A stretch of 64,000 bases of DNA from Bacteroidota bacterium. GTDB taxonomy: Bacteria; Bacteroidota; Bacteroidia; Chitinophagales; JADIYW01. Within the stretch, counting starts at the first letter, position 1. Each line of letters starts with the position of its first letter. The position numbers were made by a program, and so were the translations under genes. The stretch covers positions 27,508 through 91,507 of the forward strand of contig JAQBNI010000122.1 in assembly GCA_028288625.1 (NCBI GenBank), written 5' to 3'. Shown here piece by piece: positions 46,059 to 56,388 of this stretch. The notes beneath the pieces are model-generated. The model did not search any database. It had not been told where the DNA came from and saw only the letters and a program-made list of their open reading frames with translations.

Positions 46059-47120
46059 ATGAAGAACGATAAAAGAAAAGTTGGCATAACGCTGGGCGAT
46101 GTGGCAGGGATCGGTCCCGAGATCATCATGAAAACATTTTTAGAAGATCAGCTCTATAAACATTTTACTCCAATTCTTTACGGAAACCCGCGCGTTCTCT
46201 CCTTCTACAAAAAAGTATTTTCGATGGATAAATTCCAATACTCGTCCATCAAGGGTTATAATAATCTAAGTCATAATTCTTTGAATATTATCCCGGTTTG
46301 GGAAGAAGAATTTGCGATCACACCGGGCACACCTACAGAGCTAACCGGCAGCTATGCGTTGAAATCATTGCAGGCTGCATGCGACGCATTAAAGAGCAAG
46401 CATATCGATGTGCTCGTCACTGCACCGATCAACAAGAGAGTGATGCATTCTGAACAATTTCCTTATGCAGGTCACACAGAATTTTTAATGAATTATTTTG
46501 ATGCGAAAGATAATTTGATGTTTATGGTGTCTGAAGACCTGCGCGTTGGATTGGTAACAAACCATAGTTCTGTTCGCGATGTTGCGTCAAAAATTACAAA
46601 GGAAAAAATTATTAGAAAGATACAATTGATGAATGCTTCCCTGATGGAAGATTTTGGAATTGATAAACCGCGCATTGCAGTACTGGGTTTAAATCCTCAT
46701 GCAGGCGATGGCGGCGTGATCGGCAACGAAGAAGTGAATATTATTTTACCTGCTGTAAAAGAAGCGAAGGAAGGTGGCATTGCGGTGTTCGGTCCGTACC
46801 CTGCGGATGGATTGTTTGCTTCAGGTAATTATAAAAAGTTCGATGGTATCCTCGCAATGTACCACGACCAGGGCTTGATCCCCTTTAAATTTATTGCGGG
46901 TGAAGACGGCACGAATTATACTGCAGGATTAAATGTGGTGCGAACTTCTCCCGATCACGGGACCGCAGAAGATATTGCAGGCAAGGGCATTGCCGATGAA
47001 ACTTCTTTCCGCAAAGCAATTTATACTGCCATAGATATTTTCAACAGCCGCGAAGAATATGCACAGATGCGATTGAACCCGCTGGTGAAACGGGCTGTGC
47101 TGCATGATGAGAGGATTTAG
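46059..47120 (+). CDS. pdxA: 4-hydroxythreonine-4-phosphate dehydrogenase
   Basis: 353 aa with PYAGHTEFL, GLNPHAGDGG and YHDQGL. Confidence 0.9.
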   Translation: MKNDKRKVGITLGDVAGIGPEIIMKTFLEDQLYKHFTPILYGNPRVLSFYKKVFSMDKFQYSSIKGYNNLSHNSLNIIPVWEEEFAITPGTPTELTGSYALKSLQAACDALKSKHIDVLVTAPINKRVMHSEQFPYAGHTEFLMNYFDAKDNLMFMVSEDLRVGLVTNHSSVRDVASKITKEKIIRKIQLMNASLMEDFGIDKPRIAVLGLNPHAGDGGVIGNEEVNIILPAVKEAKEGGIAVFGPYPADGLFASGNYKKFDGILAMYHDQGLIPFKFIAGEDGTNYTAGLNVVRTSPDHGTAEDIAGKGIADETSFRKAIYTAIDIFNSREEYAQMRLNPLVKRAVLHDERI

Positions 47121-47151
47121 CCTGTTTGGCAATTCACGAAGTTTCCTAAAA

Positions 47152-47619
47152 TTAATTTTGAATTGAAATAAAAGGTGGATAATCCCTTGGCGACTGAACA
47201 ATATTATTAACCTTCAGACTAGAAATATATTTAAATGAATAACTCTTTCTGTTACAATCCTTACATGTTCCATTTGATAAATTAATATGTGTGATTTTAA
47301 ATTCATCATTAGTATCTTTTATAAAAATTATATAGTCATAATTTACTGTCATCGGTAATGGAAGAGAGAAGGAAAAAATAGTAGAATCAGATTGACCTGG
47401 ATTTTGGATGATTGCACTATCGATAGCATTGGTAAAGTTTGTATTGGATATATACTTTTTTATATAAATAGTATCTAATTCCCAATAATAAAAATTTTTA
47501 AATATTACCTCTTGTATAGAATCAAGCCCTTGACACGCCTGATCTTTGGGAACACAGCAGGCTGCGCACAAAAGTAAAGTTGCAATAATTATGAAATGTT
47601 TTTGTGTTTTCTTAATCAC
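47152..47619 (-). CDS. Hypothetical lipoprotein
   Basis: 155 aa with a signal-like N-terminus containing Cys residues. Confidence 0.6.
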   Translation of the reverse strand: MIKKTQKHFIIIATLLLCAACCVPKDQACQGLDSIQEVIFKNFYYWELDTIYIKKYISNTNFTNAIDSAIIQNPGQSDSTIFSFSLPLPMTVNYDYIIFIKDTNDEFKITHINLSNGTCKDCNRKSYSFKYISSLKVNNIVQSPRDYPPFISIQN

Positions 47620-47633
47620 TTAGAATTTATAAT

Positions 47634-49541
47634 TTATTTTGTTTTTGTCTTCCTCATGAAATTATGAACCATCTGTGTAAATACTTTATCCTTGTAAATC
47701 CCGCTGCCGCATGCAATAGATCCAAAAGAAAGTATTTTATTAGTTTTATTTTCTATGATCACAATTTCGCCGCCGCCATTATCAGGATTGGTGCCCTTTG
47801 CAAGTAAAACTGCGTTTGCAGGAGTATTATCATTTATTTTATCCATCTCATCGCCGCTTAAACCACGGTTATCAATCCCATACTGTCCGAATTCCTGTCC
47901 GTTATGTACATTGCAATTTTCAAATAACCAATGTGAAGCATTTTTTACTTTATAGGAGCAATAACTTTCATACCCGGCGTCAGTAAATGCATTTCCCCAG
48001 TATTTTGCTTCATTAGAAATATTTGTTCTCCAAAAACCTGCCGGTATTAATGTATTATCCAGGAATGTTCCATCCTTACGACATTCAATATTTTTGAAAT
48101 CATTTGAAAATTGAATTTTATAGTAAGCCTGATTTCCTCCTAAGGAAATAATATTCTTTGTTGTTGAATACTTAGCTAATGCTTCAATCATCTTTGTAGA
48201 AAAGTATTCGCAGTGTTGTACAAACACAATAGTTTTCGCATTTATAAATAATTCCGGATGTGCCTCCAGGTAATAATCCGGATATATATTGCATTTATAA
48301 TTCTGGTAGAAAAAATTATAAATATTATCAAAAATAAATAAATCGTGTCCTACTAAAAGGGAATCAAATAAACAGGAAACTAATGGCCGCTGTGTAGATA
48401 TATGATAGACACAGCTGTCATCTTTTGTGTTTACATAAAAACATTTCCCGTTATAATAATTATATGCCTGCCAGGTGGTCACGGGTGCAAGTAAAATAAT
48501 ATCCGATGGAACTTTACTATTAATGATAACCGGGATGTTAAAGGTTGTTTTATTATCTTTTAACTGAATGCAGTAAGTTCCGGGAGTCAAATCAATTGTA
48601 CTTAAATAAAATGAATCATTCTTTGTAAGCGTAATATCCTTTATTCTCTCAAACTTGTAATTATTTATCGGCTTTAATAATTGTACAGACTTCAGTCTTG
48701 TTGCATTTTGTAATTTAATTTTTACATTCTCCCCTTGTGTGTAGACTACATTTTCGCTAAATCCGGTTAAGAGAGTTTCATAAGTCTCGCGCGGCTTATG
48801 ATTTATACTTGGATTTTTAAATACTTCAGCATAATCTTTTACTTCTGAGAAAATAGAATGATTTTTTTGCCTTCTTTGAAACTCATCTTTATACTGTCCT
48901 TTAGTTATAAAATGACGATCAAAGACACGGTTTAATATGTTGCCATCCAATTGAACGTAATAATTACTTGCTGATACATTTCTTGTAAAAAACGCTAACT
49001 CCCTTAAAAGATCATAGGTTAACGGATTAAAAATAAAATCCGGTATGGAATCTTTAAAAGGGAAATAATTATACTCCGTGATTTTTAAACTATCTATATA
49101 TGAAGTATCCTTGGTCCATGTATATCCATATATTTTTACCTTACCCTCTTTTATGGTGTCCGGTGTTTTTATCAAAAGATTTATATTATACCAGCCGTTA
49201 CTATTATTAATAGTCGGGTTACGGGAACCTCTCCATCCATTCCATACAGATTCTGTAGCCAGGTTTACTGTAAATTTTTTAGATTTTACTTTTAGAGATA
49301 GATAATAATATTTATTGGGACTAACATTTGCTTCAACTGTAAATCCAAAATTGTGTAAAGAATCAAGTTGAATAGCTTTTATATTATTTTCAATAGTAAC
49401 AATATTTCCGAGGCTGATTATCTTATATTTTGAATTCTTAAGAGATGAAGTTTTTGCAGTAATTAAAATAGAATTTGATGAATGTTCATTTTTACATCCA
49501 ACCATCAGGGATATTAATACAATTATAATAATGCATCGCAT
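47634..49541 (-). CDS. Hypothetical secreted/lipoprotein
   Basis: 635 aa with lipoprotein-like LISLMVGC. No motif assigned with confidence. Confidence 0.65.
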   Translation of the reverse strand: MRCIIIIVLISLMVGCKNEHSSNSILITAKTSSLKNSKYKIISLGNIVTIENNIKAIQLDSLHNFGFTVEANVSPNKYYYLSLKVKSKKFTVNLATESVWNGWRGSRNPTINNSNGWYNINLLIKTPDTIKEGKVKIYGYTWTKDTSYIDSLKITEYNYFPFKDSIPDFIFNPLTYDLLRELAFFTRNVSASNYYVQLDGNILNRVFDRHFITKGQYKDEFQRRQKNHSIFSEVKDYAEVFKNPSINHKPRETYETLLTGFSENVVYTQGENVKIKLQNATRLKSVQLLKPINNYKFERIKDITLTKNDSFYLSTIDLTPGTYCIQLKDNKTTFNIPVIINSKVPSDIILLAPVTTWQAYNYYNGKCFYVNTKDDSCVYHISTQRPLVSCLFDSLLVGHDLFIFDNIYNFFYQNYKCNIYPDYYLEAHPELFINAKTIVFVQHCEYFSTKMIEALAKYSTTKNIISLGGNQAYYKIQFSNDFKNIECRKDGTFLDNTLIPAGFWRTNISNEAKYWGNAFTDAGYESYCSYKVKNASHWLFENCNVHNGQEFGQYGIDNRGLSGDEMDKINDNTPANAVLLAKGTNPDNGGGEIVIIENKTNKILSFGSIACGSGIYKDKVFTQMVHNFMRKTKTK

Positions 49542-49613
49542 AATGTAATATAAAGAAAATAAATAGCTTAAGTCCTAAAATTAGTGAATTACACTATGTC
49601 CATAACTCATAAA

Positions 49614-50468
49614 TTAAAACCGCTTAAATGTATTCTGACTACTGCGTTTCGCTTTTAGAATATGCTCGTAATCCTGCTCATTTTTTAAGAGCGAGCCAAA
49701 GTATGGCGGTTGCGTGGTAACATAATCGATATTCTGAAGATCATCCTTTGTATTTTTTCCAAGCTTCAATAAGCGAATCCAGTCAATTAATTCTGAGGTC
49801 GAAGGCTTTTTCTTCAAGCCGTGAATTTCCCGCAAGCCGTAAAATACTTTCAATGCTTCCTCCATTAACTCGTCTTCAATTTTCGGGAAATGCACATTGA
49901 TAATGTCGATCATCGTTTGTCTTTCCGGGAAACGTATATAGTGAAAAAAACATCTTCGCAAAAATGCATCCGGCAATTCCTTTTCATTGTTGGAAGTGAT
50001 GATCACGATAGGTCGTGTTTTTGCCTGTATCGTTTTTTGCAATTCATAGCAATAAAATTCCATCTTGTCTAATTCGAGCAAAAGGTCATTTGGAAATTCA
50101 ATATCCGCTTTATCGATCTCATCTATCAATAAAACAGCTTGTCCGTCTTCTTCAAATGCCTGCCACATTTTTCCTTTAATGATGTACTGCGAAATATCAT
50201 TCACGCGTGTATCCCCGAACTGCGAATCGCGCAACCGCGCAACTGCATCATATTCGTATAATCCCTGCTGTGCAACTGTAGTCGATTTTACGTGCCACGT
50301 GTAGATCGGTTTATTTAATGCTTTCGCCACTTCAAACGCAAGCAAAGTTTTTCCCGTGCCCGGTTCACCCTTGATCAGCAAGGGCTTTTCCAATGCGATT
50401 GCTGCATTTACTGCAACCTGTAGTTCTTCGGTAGCAATGTAATTTTCGGTTCCTTTAAATTCGTGCAT
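49614..50468 (-). CDS. MoxR/CoxD-like AAA+ ATPase
   Basis: Walker A GEPGTGKT and Walker B LLIDEIDKA. The start is moved to MHEFKGT because the ORF-track N-terminal extension (to 50528) is a translation of tandem repeats. Confidence 0.9.
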   Translation of the reverse strand: MHEFKGTENYIATEELQVAVNAAIALEKPLLIKGEPGTGKTLLAFEVAKALNKPIYTWHVKSTTVAQQGLYEYDAVARLRDSQFGDTRVNDISQYIIKGKMWQAFEEDGQAVLLIDEIDKADIEFPNDLLLELDKMEFYCYELQKTIQAKTRPIVIITSNNEKELPDAFLRRCFFHYIRFPERQTMIDIINVHFPKIEDELMEEALKVFYGLREIHGLKKKPSTSELIDWIRLLKLGKNTKDDLQNIDYVTTQPPYFGSLLKNEQDYEHILKAKRSSQNTFKRF

Positions 50469-50545
50469 GATGTAGTGTTTTAGTCGTAAGTCGTAAGTTA
50501 TAAGTCGTAAGTCATAAGAAAAAAACATAATTCCTAATTTGTAAT

Positions 50546-50621
50546 TCGTACGTTACCTCACCACACCCCATAATCCGCTCGCGGATTATTTCCCCTCTCC
50601 TTAATAAGGAGAGGGGTGAGG
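50546..50621. repeat. Compound palindromic element in the VWA-MoxR intergenic region
   Basis: An outer CCTCACC/GGTGAGG pairing encloses two hairpins. One is ATAATCCGC-TC-GCGGATTAT. The other is CCCCTCTCCTT-AAT-AAGGAGAGGGG. Confidence 0.45.
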
Positions 50622-50690
50622 TAGCAAGGTATTGCATCGTGTTGATTCTTTATCCAATTCGTAATTCCCAATTCGTAATTTGTAAATCCT

Positions 50691-51878
50691 CTAGTGTACT
50701 ACTTTTTTTCCTTTCAATGTTTTCATTGCTTTTGCCAATCCATCCAAAGTCATCGGGAACATTCTTTCTTTAAATATTTCTTTCACAACCTGTATCGTCG
50801 GCAGGCTATCCCAGTAATATTCGTTGCTCGGGTTCAGCCAGACAATGTTCGGAAACTTTTGAACAAACCTGTGCAGCCACGAAATTCCGGATTCATCATT
50901 GTAATGCTCCACGCTTCCGCCTAACGCTGTAAGCTCATAAGGCGACATCGTCGCATCCCCCACAAAAATAACGCGATAATCCGAGTTGAATTTATGCAGA
51001 ATGTCGAACGTTGGTATTCTGTCGCTGTAACGCAAAACATTATCCTTCCATAAGCTTTCATACACGCAGTTATGAAAATAAAAAAACTCGAGATGCTTCA
51101 ATTCTGATTTTGCCGCGGAAAAAAGCTGCTCACATAATTCAACATACGGATCCATCGATCCGCCAACATCAAAAAACAATAATACTTTGACGCGGTTCTT
51201 TCTCGACGGATGCATTTCAATATCAAGGTATCCCGCATTCTTGCATGTTTTTTCGATCGTAGTATGCAGATCAAGTTCATCTTCCACACCTTCGCGTGTC
51301 AATATCCTTAATCTTTTCAATGCAAGTTTGATATTGCGTGTATTCAATTCTACATCAGAAGCATAATTCTGAAACGCGCGCTTCTCCCACACTTTCACGG
51401 CATTCCTGCCTCCGCCATCACCACCGATATTAATACCTTCAGGATTGTAACCTCCGTTTCCAAAGGGCGAAGTTCCACCTGTACCGATCCATTTATTGCC
51501 GCCCTGGTGTTTTTCTTTTTGCTCTTCCATTAATTGCTGCAAGCGCTCCATCAATTTATCCAGTCCGCCCATTTTAGCGATCATTTCTTTTTCTTCCTCA
51601 GAAAATAAACGGTTCATTTCTTTCTGCAACCAGTCAGTGGGAATTTCTTTTTTTTCTGAATCTTCTAATTGTATCCCGTGAAAATATTTTCCGAACAGCA
51701 GATCGTACCGGTCTAAAAATTGCTCATGCTTGATCAATATTGTTTTGGATAAAAAATAAAATTCTTCGACGCTGAATGCAGTCACTTTATTATTCAGCGC
51801 TTCCAGTAAATTCAGGTATTCCCCGATACTTACCGGCAAACCTTCTTCCTTTAACAATAAAAAGAAATCCAAAAACAT
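50691..51878 (-). CDS. VWA domain protein (CoxE-like), partner of the MoxR ATPase
   Basis: MIDAS-like FFDVGGSMDP in the C-terminal half. The gene lies upstream of and co-directional with a MoxR ATPase. The start is set at MFLDFFLLLKEEG. Confidence 0.8.
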   Translation of the reverse strand: MFLDFFLLLKEEGLPVSIGEYLNLLEALNNKVTAFSVEEFYFLSKTILIKHEQFLDRYDLLFGKYFHGIQLEDSEKKEIPTDWLQKEMNRLFSEEEKEMIAKMGGLDKLMERLQQLMEEQKEKHQGGNKWIGTGGTSPFGNGGYNPEGINIGGDGGGRNAVKVWEKRAFQNYASDVELNTRNIKLALKRLRILTREGVEDELDLHTTIEKTCKNAGYLDIEMHPSRKNRVKVLLFFDVGGSMDPYVELCEQLFSAAKSELKHLEFFYFHNCVYESLWKDNVLRYSDRIPTFDILHKFNSDYRVIFVGDATMSPYELTALGGSVEHYNDESGISWLHRFVQKFPNIVWLNPSNEYYWDSLPTIQVVKEIFKERMFPMTLDGLAKAMKTLKGKKVVH

Positions 51879-51955
51879 GTTTAAAATTAGAAAGTTATAC
51901 GCTATAAGCAAAAAGTAAATTGTTATTAATTACTTATCTTTATTGAAAATGACAT

Positions 51956-52480
51956 ATGAGTGTGAGATTAGTATCAAGGTATAATGAAATTGACGCGATC
52001 AAGAAACGCTATATCGATAAAGTGGCGGATATGCCGGATGAACAATTGAATAAACATGCAGGCAACGGACAATGGACGGCGGGTCAATTGCTTTATCATT
52101 TATATTTTTCGGAAAGCGGGACAATAAAGGTCATCCAGAAAAACCTAAGAGAAAATAAAGTGAAAAACCGCAGCGGCATTTCCGATATATTGCGAAATAT
52201 TTTGTTGATGGGATTTTTAAGATCATCGATGAAATTTAAAGCGCCTGCTGTTGCAAGCAAGGTTCCGGATCATGTTTCGCTGGAAGAAATAAAAGGCTTG
52301 TATGAAAAGAATACAGCTGAATTTAAAACGTTACTTGCTGAATTGCCAAAAGAGCTTGAGAATAAACAGATCTTTAAGCATCCTATTTCAGGATTGTTTA
52401 ATATTAACCAGACATTGAATTTTGTGCGTGAACATTACCTGCATCATGAAGCACAACTGAAGAGACTTTTAGGAAAATAG
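51956..52480 (+). CDS. DinB-family protein
   Basis: 174 aa with spaced His residues in a four-helix pattern (LLYHLY...REHYLHHEAQL). Confidence 0.7.
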   Translation: MSVRLVSRYNEIDAIKKRYIDKVADMPDEQLNKHAGNGQWTAGQLLYHLYFSESGTIKVIQKNLRENKVKNRSGISDILRNILLMGFLRSSMKFKAPAVASKVPDHVSLEEIKGLYEKNTAEFKTLLAELPKELENKQIFKHPISGLFNINQTLNFVREHYLHHEAQLKRLLGK

Positions 52481-52486
52481 TTTTAA

Positions 52487-52685
52487 AACCACATAGGAAC
52501 TTAAGGAACATAGATGAAATCTTCACGTGTATCTTAAAGTATATTGGGAAGCAATAAATTTAGTTCCTTAGCATAGAACACCTTAGCTATGTGCACTTTC
52601 CTTCAAAATAAATTTCTTATACATCACGTAATGCTTTATACTGTATAGAAAGAATTCGCCTTAATTTCTATGTGCCTATGTGGTT
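52487..52685. repeat. CATAG-box inverted repeat element (long form)
   Basis: AACCACATAGG (52487-52497) and CCTATGTGGTT (52675-52685) form a perfect 11-bp inverted repeat. Several internal CATAG/CTATG boxes lie between the convergent genes. Confidence 0.45.
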
Positions 52686-52692
52686 TAAAAAA

Positions 52693-53409
52693 TTAATCAA
52701 ATAGATTGTACTTTATGATGCAGTACAGCGCGCGGAATGCATCCTTCATCCCGATTTTCTTGCCTTCTTCGTAGGTTCTGCCGTAATAAGAAATACCGAC
52801 TTCATATACACGTATCTTTGGGATCTTAGACATTTTCGCAGTCACTTCCGGCTCAAAACCAAATCTATTTTCTTTCAGATCTATACCTTGTATAATTTCC
52901 CTGCGAAACATTTTATAGCAGGTTTCCATATCCGTCAGGTTCAGATTCGTAAAAAGATTTGAAATGAAGGTGAGCATTTTATTCCCGATCGTATGCCAGA
53001 AAAATAAAATGCGGTGAGGATTTCCTCCCATAAATCTCGTTCCGTAAACTACATCGGCAAAGCCATCGAGAATGGGTTTCAGTAAAATATTAAATTCATC
53101 GGGATCATATTCCAGGTCGGCGTCCTGAACGATCACAAAATCGCCGGTAGCACTTTGAAAACCTGTACGCAACGCAGCGCCCTTGCCACGGTTTATTTCA
53201 TGTCTTTTATAAACGATAATAGTATCGGGATTCTGCTGTTGAAAATCAATTACTCTTTGCTCTGTATTATCCTTCGAGCAATCATTCACCACAATAATTT
53301 CTTTCTGGATATCATTTATAAGCTTTACACTCCTGATACGGTTCAGAATATTCTGAATCGTATTTTCTTCGTTATACGCCGGAACTATTATGGATAATTT
53401 TGCACTCAT
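52693..53409 (-). CDS. Family 2 glycosyltransferase (polyprenol-phosphate sugar transferase-like)
   Basis: 238 aa with IIVPAYNEE, VVNDCSKDNT and QDADLEYDP (DxD). Confidence 0.9.
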   Translation of the reverse strand: MSAKLSIIVPAYNEENTIQNILNRIRSVKLINDIQKEIIVVNDCSKDNTEQRVIDFQQQNPDTIIVYKRHEINRGKGAALRTGFQSATGDFVIVQDADLEYDPDEFNILLKPILDGFADVVYGTRFMGGNPHRILFFWHTIGNKMLTFISNLFTNLNLTDMETCYKMFRREIIQGIDLKENRFGFEPEVTAKMSKIPKIRVYEVGISYYGRTYEEGKKIGMKDAFRALYCIIKYNLFD

Positions 53410-53535
53410 TATTTAATCGATCCCTGCAAAAATAAAGATTTTATGTAAATAATATTTTTGATTTTCTGGATATAAAAACATATTAGACATAGATCTCTGC
53501 AATCTATGTGGTTAAACACAATACTATGGAAATGG

Positions 53536-56364
53536 TTATTTATTTTTCTTCAGCCATCTTTCGGATGCAGGACCTTTACGATCCAGATCAAATAACATGC
53601 TGCCATATACCAGTCCGCCTATTTTTGGTGAACCGTAAGCTTCAATATGCTTATTGTTATAAATATTGGAACCACCTACCTGCAAAGTAAACCATTTCGG
53701 GAATTCATAAGATACCTGCATATCCATGGTGTGATAGCTTGGAACAACGCCATCGCCGAAAGTGCTTTCCCAGGTGTACTTGGTTACCCATTTAAAATTA
53801 ATACCGAAGCCAAGACCTTTCCAGATGCGCATTGCGCTTAAGCCAAGGTTGAACTTATGCTTCGGTGTATTAAATCCGGGAATGATCGGATCAGAGAGCT
53901 TCGTTGCGTTTAGATCTGAGAATGTATAATTAAAAGATCCCACTAGATTTCTCCAGATATAATAATTCAACGCGATAGACGCCCCGTATGCATCCACATG
54001 CTGTTTCGCGTTCGTAGGCATTTGTATCAGCTTATATGCACCCGTGAGCATCGCGTCTGCCCCTGATTCTTCACCCACAACCACTTCCTTGTTTGTTGGC
54101 ATATAAAAACGAAGGTCCCCGATGAAATGGAAATAACGGTTGAAATACGCAGATGCATCAACATACAGGCGCTTTGCAATTACGCCACGATATCCTACTT
54201 CTACTGAATTAACTTGCTCCGGACGGATCGGATCGAGCTTATCTACTTTTAAAATTTTCGGATCAACTTCTAACGTATTGTTGTAATTGCTGCGGAAATC
54301 TTTCACCGATTGAAAATCATATCCCAGTGCGCCATGCAAATTCCCGAGTAATTGTATTGCACCGAGATCCAGTGAAATATACTGGTTCTGTAATGTAGGT
54401 GTACGGAATGCCGTTTGATAGGAAACCCGGAAAGTTTGTCCCTTAAATGTTGCGATCGCTGAAATTCTCGGTGAGAACTGCACTTTAAAATTCATCGATT
54501 TATCAATGCGCGCCGAACCTACTAATTTTAACCTGTGCTTGAAAAGCTCAACAGTGAGCTGCGTATAACCGCCAACTTCCCACGTGTTCAGTTTCACAAA
54601 TTTTGCTTTTAAATTCGGTGATCCGTCATCTAATGTATCTGCAGGATTTTTCAGCGTATCATAGAAAATAGAACCGTAAGAGCGCGGAATGTATTCGCGA
54701 AATGAAGCGCCTACGATCCAGTTGATATCATGCTTGAAAGTATGGTTGTAAGATGCCTCCACGTGATGCAGGGAAGATTTATCCTGGAACTTTGCACCTG
54801 TTACAAGGTTGGCATCATGCACAATTAAATTATAAGCAGAATCGAATGAAGCTGTGCCGGGTTGCAAATATGCGCCGATGTACGCGGAATCCAATGCAGC
54901 CAGGCGTGCTCTTTGTACATCTGCTTCCTGCGGATCATCATGAAATCCATTTGTATAAGTGGAGAGCTGGCCAAAATAAGATTTAATGAAATTTCCAACA
55001 TACCGGGTGATACCGATCTTTGATAAATTGATCGCGGAAAAAACCATATCATACGAGCCGCCTGCGTTTTCCTGTGTCGTATAATATTTTACGCTGACAC
55101 CTTTATAATCGAATTGAAATTTATGCTGCTGGAATAAAATATTTTTGATGTTGTAGCGGTTGGCACCCTGGTAAACTGCGCTGCCCCTGCCGAACTTGTA
55201 CTGGTATTCGATCTGCATGTCTTTTATCGGGCGTACATACAATGCAATATTCGCTTTAATGCTTTCCGTCTTTCCATCTGTGAGATCTTCTTCACGGTAA
55301 CCGGGCGCTACAACGTGTATAGTGCCTGGAAATGCATTCGGGAAAAAATCGAGATAAGCATTCAGCGCCCTGAACTGCCGTGCAATCGCAGTGTCATCGC
55401 TCACTCCTAATTTTCGAACGATCGTACTTACATTCACATCCGCACCTACATCGCCGTATGTATTCGCAACGGTGTCATCCGCTACCCAATCTTTAGCGCG
55501 AAAATATTCCGCGCTTACTTTAAATCCGAATATATCGCGTCCGTGTTTCTTTTGTCCGAAAGCATTTGCATAACGAACCTGCGCATCCACCATCTGCCTG
55601 CTTCCACCTTTTATTTTTACCTGTAAGTTTTTATAATCGAAAGGATTTTTTGTTTGCATGCTTACGATTCCCTGGAATGCATTCGCACCATATAATGCGG
55701 AGGAAGCACCTGAAATAATTTCAACGCTTTCGAGATCGAGATCATTTGCTCCGACTAAATTTCCGACAGGAAAATTTAAACCCGGCGCCTGGTTATCCAT
55801 ACCATCAATAAACTGCACGATACGAACAGGAGCAGTCGTATTAAAACCACGCGTATTAAAAACCTGGAAACCCATACTCGAAGTCGTGACATCCACATCT
55901 TTTAAATTTCCTAAACTTTGATAAAAATTTCCGGAAGCAACAAACTGTATCTGCCTTGTATTTAATTTCTGAATGGAAGAAGGCGATGTTTGTATTCGTT
56001 CGCTGACGCGAGATGCGGAGATAACCACATCTTCACTCACCCTTATTTCCTGGGCTGTGAGCGCCGCACTTATGTTTTGATTTTCCTCCGTTACACTGAT
56101 TTCCTGTGCTGCAAACCCCAAATAAGAAACTTCGAGCGTAACAGGTAATGTTACACTTGCCTTGATCTCAAAATTTCCATTGATATCTGTAACAGCACCG
56201 TAGTTTGTTCCTTTCACCTGAACGTTGGCACCTATTAAAGCATCTTTAGATTCTTTATCTGTAATTTTTCCTTTGAGGGTGATCTCCTGTGCAGTAGCAT
56301 AAAAACTCAATAATGTGCATAGGAATACTGAAAATAATTTCAATGAATTACTTAAAGATTGCAT
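53536..56364 (-). CDS. TonB-dependent receptor with N-terminal carboxypeptidase-regulatory-like domain
   Basis: 942 aa with a signal peptide, GKITDKESKDALIGANVQVKGTNYGAVTDINGNF, a plug region, and a long beta-barrel pattern rich in alternating aromatic residues. Confidence 0.9.
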   Translation of the reverse strand: MQSLSNSLKLFSVFLCTLLSFYATAQEITLKGKITDKESKDALIGANVQVKGTNYGAVTDINGNFEIKASVTLPVTLEVSYLGFAAQEISVTEENQNISAALTAQEIRVSEDVVISASRVSERIQTSPSSIQKLNTRQIQFVASGNFYQSLGNLKDVDVTTSSMGFQVFNTRGFNTTAPVRIVQFIDGMDNQAPGLNFPVGNLVGANDLDLESVEIISGASSALYGANAFQGIVSMQTKNPFDYKNLQVKIKGGSRQMVDAQVRYANAFGQKKHGRDIFGFKVSAEYFRAKDWVADDTVANTYGDVGADVNVSTIVRKLGVSDDTAIARQFRALNAYLDFFPNAFPGTIHVVAPGYREEDLTDGKTESIKANIALYVRPIKDMQIEYQYKFGRGSAVYQGANRYNIKNILFQQHKFQFDYKGVSVKYYTTQENAGGSYDMVFSAINLSKIGITRYVGNFIKSYFGQLSTYTNGFHDDPQEADVQRARLAALDSAYIGAYLQPGTASFDSAYNLIVHDANLVTGAKFQDKSSLHHVEASYNHTFKHDINWIVGASFREYIPRSYGSIFYDTLKNPADTLDDGSPNLKAKFVKLNTWEVGGYTQLTVELFKHRLKLVGSARIDKSMNFKVQFSPRISAIATFKGQTFRVSYQTAFRTPTLQNQYISLDLGAIQLLGNLHGALGYDFQSVKDFRSNYNNTLEVDPKILKVDKLDPIRPEQVNSVEVGYRGVIAKRLYVDASAYFNRYFHFIGDLRFYMPTNKEVVVGEESGADAMLTGAYKLIQMPTNAKQHVDAYGASIALNYYIWRNLVGSFNYTFSDLNATKLSDPIIPGFNTPKHKFNLGLSAMRIWKGLGFGINFKWVTKYTWESTFGDGVVPSYHTMDMQVSYEFPKWFTLQVGGSNIYNNKHIEAYGSPKIGGLVYGSMLFDLDRKGPASERWLKKNK

Positions 56365-56388
56365 TTGGTTAGATTTTTGGTTTTAATA

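Noticed and set aside
50469-50528. N-terminal extension of the MoxR ORF (MFFSYDLRLITYDLRLKHYI)
   Set aside because: It is a translation of the GTCGTAAGT tandem repeats. The conserved MoxR sequence begins at the internal Met (MHEFKGT).
50478-50690. Tandem short repeats as a CRISPR array
   Set aside because: The repeat units are 7-9 nt and contiguous with no unique spacers. No cas genes and no 25-40-nt repeat/spacer periodicity occur anywhere in the window.
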